DNA of 64,000 nucleotides from Candidatus Woesearchaeota archaeon. GTDB lineage: Archaea > Nanobdellota > Nanobdellia > Pacearchaeales > GW2011-AR1. The notes beneath the pieces were generated by a model. The model was given only the letters and a program-made list of their open reading frames with translations. It searched no databases and was not told the DNA's origin. The stretch spans positions 3,419 to 67,418 of the forward strand of contig CAZRAT010000001.1 in the NCBI GenBank assembly GCA_964598185.1, in the 5' to 3' direction. Positions 18,713 through 28,360 of this stretch are shown here, in pieces. The position numbers and the translations under genes were made by a program. Position 1 is the first letter of the stretch; each line of letters opens with the position of its first letter.

Positions 18713-18988
18713 ATGATTGAATATGATAAAAGACATATTGTAGGATATGATAAACTTGGAACAGGAAAATTTTATGTAGGTACAGGACATGAAATTTTGC
18801 CGCCTCAACTTCTTGAAGAAAAAAAACTGAGCCCTAAAATTACAGAAAAAGAATTACAAAAAATATTGGATCGTATGGACATGACAAGATTTTCGCAAGA
18901 AGTTATGGAAAAGGTAATACCCCAGACCGAAGCATACCGCAGGGCAAAAGCAAAGTCCAGAGAAAATGCCCACAATGTTTTTCTTTAA
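18713..18988 (+). CDS. hypothetical protein
   Basis: 91-aa ORF with AGGAG Shine-Dalgarno-like sequence upstream. Confidence 0.55.
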   Translation: MIEYDKRHIVGYDKLGTGKFYVGTGHEILPPQLLEEKKLSPKITEKELQKILDRMDMTRFSQEVMEKVIPQTEAYRRAKAKSRENAHNVFL

Positions 18989-19078
18989 AACCAGACTTCT
19001 GAATTAGATATAACATAAGTCATCATAAGTAAATTTATATACCACAAAATAATAAAACATCTAATTCTAACTATAACT

Positions 19079-21436
19079 ATGAAAAAAGCTCCAGAAAAAA
19101 CAAAGGAAGAAAAAACCGCTGAAAATTATTTTCCAGTTGACACAACAGATTTAAAATATACAACTGAAAAAATAGAAAAAGCTCCTCCTAAAAGAGAAGA
19201 AGTCTTAAGAGGTTCAATTGAAAAAGAATACAAAAAACCAGAAAGAACTTCTTTAGAAACAATTGAAAAAATAAATCCTATAAAAAAGAAAACAAGGAAA
19301 AAAAGAATTACTAAAAAAAGAAACACAAAAACAACAATAAAAAAATTTATTCCTCAAAAAATTACTCTTAAAAAAACAGGTTATGAATTAATTATCACAG
19401 AAAAACCTCAAGCCGCATCAAAAATTGCTCAGGCACTTGGAAAAGCAACTCAAAAGACAGACAATAAAATTTCTTATTATGAAGTAAATCGAGAAGGAAA
19501 ACAAATAATTGTCGCGTGCGCTGTTGGACATTTATTAACTTTAAAACAAAATGTTCCCGGCTCATCTGTCCCAATTTTTGACATCTCCTGGGTTCCAAAT
19601 TATTTAGCAAATTCAAAAGCAAGTTTCACAAAAAAATATTACAACACTTTGTTAAAATTAGCAAAAAACGCAGGAAGCCTAACAGTTGCAACAGATTATG
19701 ATATTGAAGGAGAAGTAATCGGCATGAATATTGTCAGATTCATTTGCAATCAAAAAGACGCAAACCGAATGAAGTTCTCTACCTTGACAGAACAAGAATT
19801 AAATGAAGCATATGAAAACAAATCAAAACATATTGATTGGGGACAGGCAATTGCAGGAGAAACAAGACATCATTTAGATTGGTATTATGGTATAAATTTA
19901 TCACGGGCTTTGATGAACGCAATAAAAACAACCGGCAAATTTCGGATAATGTCTATTGGAAGAGTCCAAGGTCCTGCTCTAAATTTAATTGTTCAAAGAG
20001 AGAGAAAAATCCAGACTTTCAAACCAGAACCTTATTGGCAGGTTTTTATTAATATTCAAAAAGAAGGAGAAAAACCATTTCCTGAAAAATTAAAGCACAA
20101 TAAAGATATTTTTAATAAAAATGATTTGCCCCAATTTGAAGGATTAATTGGAAAAACAGTTGAAGCGAAAACAAAAAAAACAGAACAAATTATTCCTCCA
20201 AATCCTCCATTTAATTTAACAACTCTTCAAACAGAATCTTACAAATTTTATGGCTTGACTCCATCTAAAACTTTACAAATTGCCCAATCACTTTATTTAG
20301 CAGGATTAATTTCTTACCCTAGAACATCTTCTCAAAAACTTCCTGCTTCAATTGGTTACAAAGAAATTTTAAAAAAACTTGCAAAAGAATACGATGTTGA
20401 AAAATTAATCACAAAAAATAAACCAATTGAAGGGAAAAAATCAGACTCTGCTCACCCTTCAATTTACCCAACAGGGAACAAACAAATTTTATCTGGAGAT
20501 GAAGAAAAAATATACAATTTAATCGTTAAAAGATTTCTATCTCTCTTCTGCGACGACGCTATTATTGATAATAAAAAAGTTTCTGTAACAACCAACAATT
20601 TATTATTTAGTGCTAATGGTTCTTCAATTAGAAAAAAGGCTTGGCTTGAAATTTACCCTTCTAAATCTAAACATGTTGAAATTCCTGATTTAGAAGGACC
20701 AGTAAAAATCATAGATCTGAAAACAGAAGAAAAAGAAACTCAACCTCCAAAAAGATATTCTCCTGCTTCAATTTTATCCGAACTTGAAAAAAGAAACCTC
20801 GGAACAAAAACAACTCGTTCTTCAATTCTTGAAACACTTTATAATAGAGGATATGTAAAAGAAAAATCAATTGAAGCAACCCCTCTTGGAATTTCTTTAA
20901 TCTCAACTCTTGAAAAATATTCTCCAATTATAATTGATGAAAAATTGACCAGAAGTTTTGAAGACCAAATGCAATCAATTGTTGAAGCAAAAAAAGAATT
21001 AAAAATAAAAGAAGAAAAAATTTTGGAAAAAGCAAAAAAAACTTTAATTGACATTTCAAAAGACTTTAATAAGAATGAAAAAGAAATTGGAAAAGAACTT
21101 TTAGTTGCGAATCTTAAATTAAGAGAACAACAAAAAATCGAAAATACTTTAACTCAATGCCCTGTTTGTAAAAAAGGAGACCTCGCAATAACTTATTCAA
21201 GAAAAACAAAAAAGCATTTTGTTGCCTGCGATGCCTATCCAAATTGCAAAACAACTTTTAGTCTTCCTCCTGGAACAATCAAAAAAACAGAAAAAACCTG
21301 TGAAAAATGTGGCTTTCCTTTAATGATGAGTTTAAAGCATGGAAAACGCCCATGGTTTTTTTGTTTTAATTCTGCTTGCGAATCAAATAAAGAAAGACTA
21401 GAGGAATATAGAAAAAAGCAAGAAGAAAAAGCCTAA
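19079..21436 (+). CDS. topA: type IA DNA topoisomerase with an ~100-aa Lys-rich N-terminal extension
   Basis: ITEKP, GHL, ATDYD.EGE, SIGRVQ, SYPRT catalytic Tyr, C-terminal Zn ribbons. Confidence 0.96.
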   Translation: MKKAPEKTKEEKTAENYFPVDTTDLKYTTEKIEKAPPKREEVLRGSIEKEYKKPERTSLETIEKINPIKKKTRKKRITKKRNTKTTIKKFIPQKITLKKTGYELIITEKPQAASKIAQALGKATQKTDNKISYYEVNREGKQIIVACAVGHLLTLKQNVPGSSVPIFDISWVPNYLANSKASFTKKYYNTLLKLAKNAGSLTVATDYDIEGEVIGMNIVRFICNQKDANRMKFSTLTEQELNEAYENKSKHIDWGQAIAGETRHHLDWYYGINLSRALMNAIKTTGKFRIMSIGRVQGPALNLIVQRERKIQTFKPEPYWQVFINIQKEGEKPFPEKLKHNKDIFNKNDLPQFEGLIGKTVEAKTKKTEQIIPPNPPFNLTTLQTESYKFYGLTPSKTLQIAQSLYLAGLISYPRTSSQKLPASIGYKEILKKLAKEYDVEKLITKNKPIEGKKSDSAHPSIYPTGNKQILSGDEEKIYNLIVKRFLSLFCDDAIIDNKKVSVTTNNLLFSANGSSIRKKAWLEIYPSKSKHVEIPDLEGPVKIIDLKTEEKETQPPKRYSPASILSELEKRNLGTKTTRSSILETLYNRGYVKEKSIEATPLGISLISTLEKYSPIIIDEKLTRSFEDQMQSIVEAKKELKIKEEKILEKAKKTLIDISKDFNKNEKEIGKELLVANLKLREQQKIENTLTQCPVCKKGDLAITYSRKTKKHFVACDAYPNCKTTFSLPPGTIKKTEKTCEKCGFPLMMSLKHGKRPWFFCFNSACESNKERLEEYRKKQEEKA

Positions 21437-21466
21437 GTTTTTATATCCTATTTTGTTATTAAAATA

Positions 21467-22060
21467 ATGGACGCAAAGAAAAAAAGATGGTTGATTATTT
21501 GCATTGCAATTGGAGTTTTATTAATCTTGTACTTTCTTAAAAATTCTTCAATGTTTGTGCGAGTTGCAGGTTTTGCAATAGGTTTTCTAATTTTTTATTT
21601 TCTTGATACTTTTTTCAAAATAAATTTCCAACCAAAACATTACATCTACATTTTAATTATCTTAATTTCAGGAATTCTTCTTGCACCACTTTATTTTCTT
21701 TCTGAAAACTACGACAAAATCCTACACCTTATCTCGCCAATTTTAGGAAGTGCATTAATTTTCCATATGATTAATAACCAACGTCTAAATTTTCAATGGA
21801 AATTATTAGTCACTTTCATGTTTATTTTATCTTTTCTTGCACTTCACGAAATGGGTGAATACCTTATTGACTTGCTCTGGGATTTCAAATTACAAGGAGT
21901 TTATATTCGGGATATATCTGGAATTGAAAAACTAAATTTAGTTTTGCCTAAAAACGACGACACAATGATTGATATGCTAATTGGAACTCTTGGAGGAGCA
22001 ATATTCACAATAGGAAAATCAATTACTTATATGTGGAAAAAGAAAACAAGAAGAAAATAA
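21467..22060 (+). CDS. integral membrane protein (DUF2238-like)
   Basis: several TM helices; YDKILH, HE..EY, DTM.D. Confidence 0.65.
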   Translation: MDAKKKRWLIICIAIGVLLILYFLKNSSMFVRVAGFAIGFLIFYFLDTFFKINFQPKHYIYILIILISGILLAPLYFLSENYDKILHLISPILGSALIFHMINNQRLNFQWKLLVTFMFILSFLALHEMGEYLIDLLWDFKLQGVYIRDISGIEKLNLVLPKNDDTMIDMLIGTLGGAIFTIGKSITYMWKKKTRRK

Positions 22061-22255
22061 AAAAATAAAATTAATAACAAACATTTCTTATACCAAAGAT
22101 TATGAAAAATTTGTGACCGGCTTACCAATACCATTTGTTCAAACACAATGGAAAAGATCAGGAAACGATACACTCCATATTTCTAGAAAAGATTCTGAAG
22201 AATATTTTTTTATAATAAGTCCCTCAGAATCTCCCTTGATAAAAAAAATTTAATT

Positions 22256-22987
22256 TTATATCCAACCGCGTCTTCTAATCCCGCTATCAATAATTTCAAA
22301 ACTAAATTCTTTCTCAGGCAAACTCCTATGCTTCAACAAAACTGCTTTTCGCCTTGCCCCACTTTTCTTTAACTCAATTATACATTTACTCCAATATTTC
22401 ATTAAGTCTCCTCCAACAATATTCATCTCACGTTCAACTCCTTTCTTCCAATCGTCTTCAGATAAAAACCCCCCATAAACCTGATTTGTAATAATAATAG
22501 GAATCTTCTGCTTCCGCGCAATCTCAGCCAAAACCCTCATCTGTTTTGCAATCTCACTATTTACTTTTTTGATACTATCAGAATTTTTCGATTTAATTGC
22601 ATCCCCCAACTCAAGCCGATACAACATCGCCATCCCGTCAACAACAATCAAACTAACATGATTTTTCTTAACCCTTTCCAACAACTTCAAAAAACACTTT
22701 TTCTGCTCTTCAAAATTCACAGGCTCCAGCAACAAAATATTTTCTAAAACCTTCTCGCAATCTTCTCCAACAATTTGTCTAACTCTATCAACAGAAAACC
22801 CTCCTTCTGTATCAACAAAAATAATCTTGTTATCTTTTTTTGCCTGACTACAACAAACCAAAAAACAAAAATTCGTCTTCCCACAACCTGGAGGCCCAGC
22901 AATCATCGTAATCACATCTTTCTCATAACCTCCTTCAATCCATTTTGTAAAATCCAAGTTCCCTGTAGAAATTTTATTTTCATTCAT
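22256..22987 (-). CDS. radB: DNA repair protein RadB
   Basis: GPPGCGKT, DTEGGFS, NQVY, C-terminal KHRS. Confidence 0.93.
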   Translation of the reverse strand: MNENKISTGNLDFTKWIEGGYEKDVITMIAGPPGCGKTNFCFLVCCSQAKKDNKIIFVDTEGGFSVDRVRQIVGEDCEKVLENILLLEPVNFEEQKKCFLKLLERVKKNHVSLIVVDGMAMLYRLELGDAIKSKNSDSIKKVNSEIAKQMRVLAEIARKQKIPIIITNQVYGGFLSEDDWKKGVEREMNIVGGDLMKYWSKCIIELKKSGARRKAVLLKHRSLPEKEFSFEIIDSGIRRRGWI

Positions 22988-23026
22988 AAAAAATAAAGAA
23001 AACTAATGTTAATAAGGATTATGATA

Positions 23027-23290
23027 CTACTTCATCTTTTTAAAATCATTAAGTGTTTTATCCAAATCTTTTCCAATAGAATTAATCGCATCTGTAATTG
23101 CTTTCTTCGCTATTTTGCCCTTTGTCTTGACTTTCAAAACAGGTTTCTCTGTAGGGTGCTTTCTTTCCCACGCTGCAAAATCAACAGAAGAATCCTTATT
23201 CAAATAAACTCTAAGAATCTCCGCAATCGTCAAACTTTCAACTTCAACTTCCATTTCGTCTTTTGATTGTTTCAAAATATTAATTTCCAT
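23027..23290 (-). CDS. rpoL: RNA polymerase subunit L (Rpo11)
   Basis: T....LR..L, FAA...KHP. Confidence 0.85.
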   Translation of the reverse strand: MEINILKQSKDEMEVEVESLTIAEILRVYLNKDSSVDFAAWERKHPTEKPVLKVKTKGKIAKKAITDAINSIGKDLDKTLNDFKKMK

Positions 23291-23324
23291 ATTAAATTAG
23301 AATAAATTTGATTTAAAAAACTTG

Positions 23325-24113
23325 TCATTTTCCAAAAAGAATCCTGTCAATCTCTTCTTGAGAAATATCTTCCTTATCAAAATCAATTTTCTCTGGCTTC
23401 TCAAAAATCTCTTCTTCTCTTTTCTGTTTCATCTCCTGTAAATCAGAAATTGTTAAAGTTCTTGTAGTAATATCATCAAACTTAACCTTGTCTTCATTAA
23501 CCTTTTGCGCAAATTCTTCTTTAATAATCTCAACATCTTCATCAAAAGAATCTTTGCTATCTGTATTTACTTCCCTATTCACAAAGAGTTCTCCCCTTGG
23601 TGCAAACTCGTCCCTAATTCTAATTCCCAAATAATCCTCAATTTTATTTACTAATACAAAATCATTCTTAGGAAGAACCCCTTTCTCTGCCATCTTAATT
23701 GCCTCCTCAGATTCTTCAATTGCTTCTGCAAACTGTTTTTGGTTCAATTTCTTAGACCTTCTCGCTCTCATAATAATCCAATGAAAATTATCAATCATTC
23801 CCAAAGGATTTTTATCTAAAACATTCTTGCGAAAATTTTCATTTGCAATCTTCATCAAAGATTCATCTAATACTTCTTTTGATACTTGCATGCACTCTTC
23901 TTTCTCATTTTTCACTTCAATTCCAGATAAACGGGAAAGCCTTTCATGAACCGTCGGTCTCTTTTCAAACTCTTCTTGCATATATTTCATAAGCGGTATA
24001 TCCTCTTCAAAAGAACATTTCCTACAAATTCTAACAATTCCTTTTTCAGAAATAGCACCAAAAAGCAAAGCCCTATCTCCTGAAACCCCGCACTTAAAAC
24101 ATTTATCCATCAT
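23325..24113 (-). CDS. archaeal MBF1-like protein (Zn ribbon plus HTH) with an acidic C-terminal tail
   Basis: CxxC..CxxC; RARR...NQKQFA..I.E....EKG. Confidence 0.8.
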   Translation of the reverse strand: MMDKCFKCGVSGDRALLFGAISEKGIVRICRKCSFEEDIPLMKYMQEEFEKRPTVHERLSRLSGIEVKNEKEECMQVSKEVLDESLMKIANENFRKNVLDKNPLGMIDNFHWIIMRARRSKKLNQKQFAEAIEESEEAIKMAEKGVLPKNDFVLVNKIEDYLGIRIRDEFAPRGELFVNREVNTDSKDSFDEDVEIIKEEFAQKVNEDKVKFDDITTRTLTISDLQEMKQKREEEIFEKPEKIDFDKEDISQEEIDRILFGK

Positions 24114-24156
24114 AAAAAAAGAAAAAGGGCATTTTTTAAGATTGTTGTGTTAGAAA

Positions 24157-24813
24157 TCAATTAAGATATTTATCTATTTCTTCTAATTCATTAATACTTA
24201 CAATTTTGATTTTCTCGTCAATCAAAACCGTAGGCAATTCAGTAATATTATATTCTTCAATAAGCAAATTAATTGCGAAAAGATTATTATCTGCTGCTAT
24301 AGGAATAAGCATAATCTTGTCTTGTTTTTCTTGTTTTAACTGAAATAATAAATTTGAAATAACATTTTGCTTTGATTTTTGTTCAAGAGAAGGTTCATTA
24401 TATTTATAAAAATAAACTAAATTATGGTAATCAGGATTGCATTTTTCTTTAATCTTAATACTATTAATCCAAAAAAGAGTTCTCAAAAGATCATATCTTT
24501 TATGCTGAATAACAATTTCGTTATTAATTCTACTTGCTTTTTCATATTCTTCGATAATTTGTGCTTGCTCATAAATGTCATCTGCAAATCTTATGTTTTC
24601 TCTCACAAGAAGGTCGCAATCAAAATCAATAAGCCCAAAAGCATCACTTTGAATTTTTTGATCCAAAAGTTCTAAATCTGATTCAAGATACCATTGATTT
24701 ATTTTATCTATCCTAGAACTTTCTAATTTATTACCCATAAAAATTCCAATATTAAAAACTATAAAAGTAATTACCAATGCTTGTAAAAATATGTATTTTT
24801 GATTTTTTTCCAT
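24157..24813 (-). CDS. membrane-anchored hypothetical protein with a thioredoxin-like C-terminus
   Basis: N-terminal TM; YFY...YNITELPTVLID. Confidence 0.65.
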   Translation of the reverse strand: MEKNQKYIFLQALVITFIVFNIGIFMGNKLESSRIDKINQWYLESDLELLDQKIQSDAFGLIDFDCDLLVRENIRFADDIYEQAQIIEEYEKASRINNEIVIQHKRYDLLRTLFWINSIKIKEKCNPDYHNLVYFYKYNEPSLEQKSKQNVISNLLFQLKQEKQDKIMLIPIAADNNLFAINLLIEEYNITELPTVLIDEKIKIVSINELEEIDKYLN

Positions 24814-24814
24814 T

Positions 24815-26038
24815 TTATCTCCAAGTTCCAGTTCCCCTAATAAACTGATAAAGAGCTGTTATCATAATAAATGGGTATACTGAAAGATATATCAATAAAT
24901 AAAATAATAGATTAAAAATGTTTTGTTTAACTAAAATCTGAGATTTCATTATAAATAAAACTAAGATTGAGAAAACCGCTCCTGAAATAAACAAAATAAC
25001 CCCTAAATAATTAAGAAAACTTGGAGTGATTAAAAGATCATTCATAGTAAGAATAGATGTTCCTAATTCAATAGAATATTTTGTATAAAAAAAATTACTA
25101 ATGAATCTTGTACTAACCAAATAAACAAATATGCTTAACCCTAAAAGCCCCAAAAAAAGTTGAAGTGCAAAAAAAGGCAAGATAAAAAATCCTAACATTC
25201 CTTTTTTAAAAAAATATTTTTTATATTTAGAAATACATTGCAACCCCCCAATATTCCACCTTCTTCTTTGTTTATACCAAGCTTTAAATTTAATAGGAAC
25301 AGTGGTGGTAGCATGAGTTGCTAAACACATTTTTCTTTTATATCCTTCAAAAGCCAAATGCCAGGTTGCTTCTATATCTTCAGTAAGATTATTTTTATCA
25401 AATCCTTTTATCTTCTTAAGAGCAAATTTTCTATATAATGCAAGAGGACCAGGAGTAACATAAATAGCATCAACATAACCTAAAAGTTTTCTTGTAAAAG
25501 CGATAATATTATACTCAATTGCTTGTAATCTTTCAAAAAATCTTTTGTCATTCCTTGGTATAAAAACACATGTTACTGCTCCAACTTTCTTGTCATCAAA
25601 AAAACCAATCATTTTTTCAAACGAACCTTTATCCGGATAACTATCTGCATCAACAACCGCCACCAATTCTCCTTTAGCCATTTCAAGGCCCTGATTTAAT
25701 GAATCAGCTTTTCCAGAATTTTCTTTATTGAGAATTGTTAATTTTGGATATTCTTTTAATAATTTATCAACAATTTTTTTTGTATTATCCTTTGAACCAT
25801 CATTTAAAACAATTACTTCTTCCAAATCATATCCTGAAGAAAAAATCGCTCTAATTGTTCCTTCAATAGTTTTTTCCTCATTCCATGCAGGAACTAAAAC
25901 AGAAATAGAATACTTTTTATTTGTTTTTGGATAGTCAAAAAAATCTTTTCTATTCTTAAAAAATAAAGATAAAAATAAAGAAAGAAAATAAATTGAAACA
26001 AACATATACATTAAATAGATTATCGGGAGTGTTTCCAT
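24815..26038 (-). CDS. processive GT2 glycosyltransferase (PgaC/IcaA/cellulose-synthase-like)
   Basis: DGS.D, GKA, DAD, TED, QRRRW, C-terminal TMs. Confidence 0.9.
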   Translation of the reverse strand: METLPIIYLMYMFVSIYFLSLFLSLFFKNRKDFFDYPKTNKKYSISVLVPAWNEEKTIEGTIRAIFSSGYDLEEVIVLNDGSKDNTKKIVDKLLKEYPKLTILNKENSGKADSLNQGLEMAKGELVAVVDADSYPDKGSFEKMIGFFDDKKVGAVTCVFIPRNDKRFFERLQAIEYNIIAFTRKLLGYVDAIYVTPGPLALYRKFALKKIKGFDKNNLTEDIEATWHLAFEGYKRKMCLATHATTTVPIKFKAWYKQRRRWNIGGLQCISKYKKYFFKKGMLGFFILPFFALQLFLGLLGLSIFVYLVSTRFISNFFYTKYSIELGTSILTMNDLLITPSFLNYLGVILFISGAVFSILVLFIMKSQILVKQNIFNLLFYLLIYLSVYPFIMITALYQFIRGTGTWR

Positions 26039-26039
26039 T

Positions 26040-26588
26040 TTATCTTTCAGAAGACACTTCTTTTAAAGATTCTTGTAATCCACTACCAGAATCAGCAACA
26101 TTAAAATAATCATAAAACTCGTCACTCAAACTAAGAATATTTGTGTGCCCCTCTTTCTTTTTCTTTATTAAATTTAATTCAGAAAACTTTTTCACATGGT
26201 CATATGCCTTGTTCCCACGAATTTTAATCACAACCGACTGTTTAATCGGTTGCTTAAACGCAATAATCGCCAAAGTCTCTTGCTCTGCTTTTGAAAACTC
26301 AGCACTCCCTGTTGCTAACTTATTAATTATTCCTGAATATTCCTGCCTCACATCCATCTTCCACAAACCATTTTTTTCCACAATCTCCATGGCTGACTCT
26401 TGCTTTTCATATTTGTCTTTCAATTTATCAATCAACTTATTAATTATTATCGGATTCAAATCACTCAATGAAATCAATTCCCTCATATTCAAAAATCTGC
26501 CAGACACAAAAAAAACAGCTTCCAACCTTTTCAAATCTTCCTTCTCCCTGCTTTCATCAATTTCCTCTAATGTTTTGCTAGATACCAT
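26040..26588 (-). CDS. scpB: SMC-Scp complex subunit ScpB
   Basis: LEA..F, ETLAIIA..QP, IRG. Confidence 0.9.
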   Translation of the reverse strand: MVSSKTLEEIDESREKEDLKRLEAVFFVSGRFLNMRELISLSDLNPIIINKLIDKLKDKYEKQESAMEIVEKNGLWKMDVRQEYSGIINKLATGSAEFSKAEQETLAIIAFKQPIKQSVVIKIRGNKAYDHVKKFSELNLIKKKKEGHTNILSLSDEFYDYFNVADSGSGLQESLKEVSSER

Positions 26589-26636
26589 AAATAAAATAAT
26601 AAGAAGTTATTTATAAGTATTTTCAATAATATTAAT

Positions 26637-27218
26637 ATGGGAGAAAACAAAACAGCAAATATTGTGGGGATAATTTTTCTTATTTTTGGGGTTGTTTCTA
26701 TTGTAAATTCTTTTTTCTTGAAAAACTTTCAAGGCATTCTATGGTTCTGTTATATAAGTCTAATAATTTTAGGAATAGGTTTTTTAAAAAAAAATCATTT
26801 TCTAATAAAAAGCCAACTTAACATTATTGCTATCCCTCTAATCATTTGGACATTTGATTTTATTTATTTTTTAATATTCAAACATTCTCTCTTAAACATA
26901 GTGGATTATTTTTTTCTATCAGGACCAATTTTATCAAAGATTATAACCCTCCAACATATATTCACAATTCCTCTTGCTATTTATACAATAAAATTTATCA
27001 AACCAATTTCAAAAAATTCCTGGAAGTTAAGTTTTATACAAACCTCAATAATTTTTATTCTTTCAAGAATTTTTTCAAATCCTGAACAAAACTTAAACTG
27101 GGTTTATCACACGAGTTTAAACTTAAATCTTCCTTATTATCCTATATTCTGGTTTGCAGGGATATTTTTTATGATAATATCAACAAATTTTTTACTTAAA
27201 AAAATAATTAAATTCTAA
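26637..27218 (+). CDS. hypothetical membrane protein
   Basis: multiple TM helices; WFC, QH, N.N motifs. Confidence 0.6.
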   Translation: MGENKTANIVGIIFLIFGVVSIVNSFFLKNFQGILWFCYISLIILGIGFLKKNHFLIKSQLNIIAIPLIIWTFDFIYFLIFKHSLLNIVDYFFLSGPILSKIITLQHIFTIPLAIYTIKFIKPISKNSWKLSFIQTSIIFILSRIFSNPEQNLNWVYHTSLNLNLPYYPIFWFAGIFFMIISTNFLLKKIIKF

Positions 27219-28293
27219 ATCTAAGTATTGCACCAATCCCACTTAAATTCAAAAACTGTTCTCCTTCTGAATTATCAGTAGAAATAATCTCAATTGTAGA
27301 ACCAGTGTTTTTCGCGATTTTAATTAATTCTTGGGAAATCTTTTTATTAATTTCCTTAGAAAGCAACAAAGTCTCAACAGCCCCGTAATTCAATGCCTGT
27401 TTTGTATCTTCTTCTCCACGCGTCACCAAATAAGGTTTCTCTCCCAAAGTCTCAAAAAATTTCTCTAAAATTTTCTTTTCATGAATAACTTCTTGCTCAG
27501 CCAAAATATCCTGACTTGCTGTCACCAAATCTTTAAGCCCTGATTCATCTGTATTCCCAATATCTTTAACCCCAATAACTTTATCCTGCAACTGAGTTTG
27601 CAAATACTTTCCGTCAAGAAACTCATCTTTTGTCGGCACAGGACCTCCAACCAAAATCCCTTTCAACTTTTTATTCTCAAAAAAAATCTTCTTCATCTCC
27701 TCTGCAATTCTCTTATAAAAATCTTTTGTCAAACCTTCTGTAATTCTATGAAACCTCTGACTTGACTGCCCACCAGCCCTAACCTTGCTCGGAATACCAG
27801 AAGACATATTGTGCAACATCTCAATTCTCTTTCCTTCTAAAATTCCAATTGTTGCCTCTTTCCGGTCCATTACCAAAAGCCCATAAACCTCCTCAATCTC
27901 CAACTGGTCCTGTAAAACTTCTAGAACAAATTCTTTATCACAACGATACAACCTCATCTTCAAGGGCTGCGGCGGCTCAATATCCCACAATTGCAAATCA
28001 CTCTGTCCTTCTTGCTTAGAAATATTCCCTGCAAAAACAGCCATTCCATTCTCAGGAGTCTTCTTAAAATCCTTCAAAAATCGCACAATCTTATCCAAAG
28101 CATCACTAACATTCTTCCTCGTCGCAGTTGACTTAATATTCTTTGCCGTAGACTTCTCTGCCTCCAACTGCCTCTGCACAGCATTCACATCATAACCCTC
28201 CGGAATATAAACACTAATCAACTCAGTCGCACGCCCCTTATGTTTTTGCAATTCTTCTAAAACACTTTCAAGTTCTTCTTTAGATAGTTTCAT
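27208..28293 (-). CDS. prf1: peptide chain release factor aRF1
   Basis: TELISVY, NIKS, YRCD, GGQS. Confidence 0.95.
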   Translation of the reverse strand: MKLSKEELESVLEELQKHKGRATELISVYIPEGYDVNAVQRQLEAEKSTAKNIKSTATRKNVSDALDKIVRFLKDFKKTPENGMAVFAGNISKQEGQSDLQLWDIEPPQPLKMRLYRCDKEFVLEVLQDQLEIEEVYGLLVMDRKEATIGILEGKRIEMLHNMSSGIPSKVRAGGQSSQRFHRITEGLTKDFYKRIAEEMKKIFFENKKLKGILVGGPVPTKDEFLDGKYLQTQLQDKVIGVKDIGNTDESGLKDLVTASQDILAEQEVIHEKKILEKFFETLGEKPYLVTRGEEDTKQALNYGAVETLLLSKEINKKISQELIKIAKNTGSTIEIISTDNSEGEQFLNLSGIGAILRFRI

Positions 28294-28360
28294 TGTTTCT
28301 CCTGAAATTGTCTAATAGAAATTTCATATTTGCTTTTGTTAATTTTGTCATTTTTATTTC

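Noticed and set aside
22061..22252. About 63 open codons after the membrane protein gene
   Set aside because: No start codon near the 5' end of the frame; at most a gene remnant
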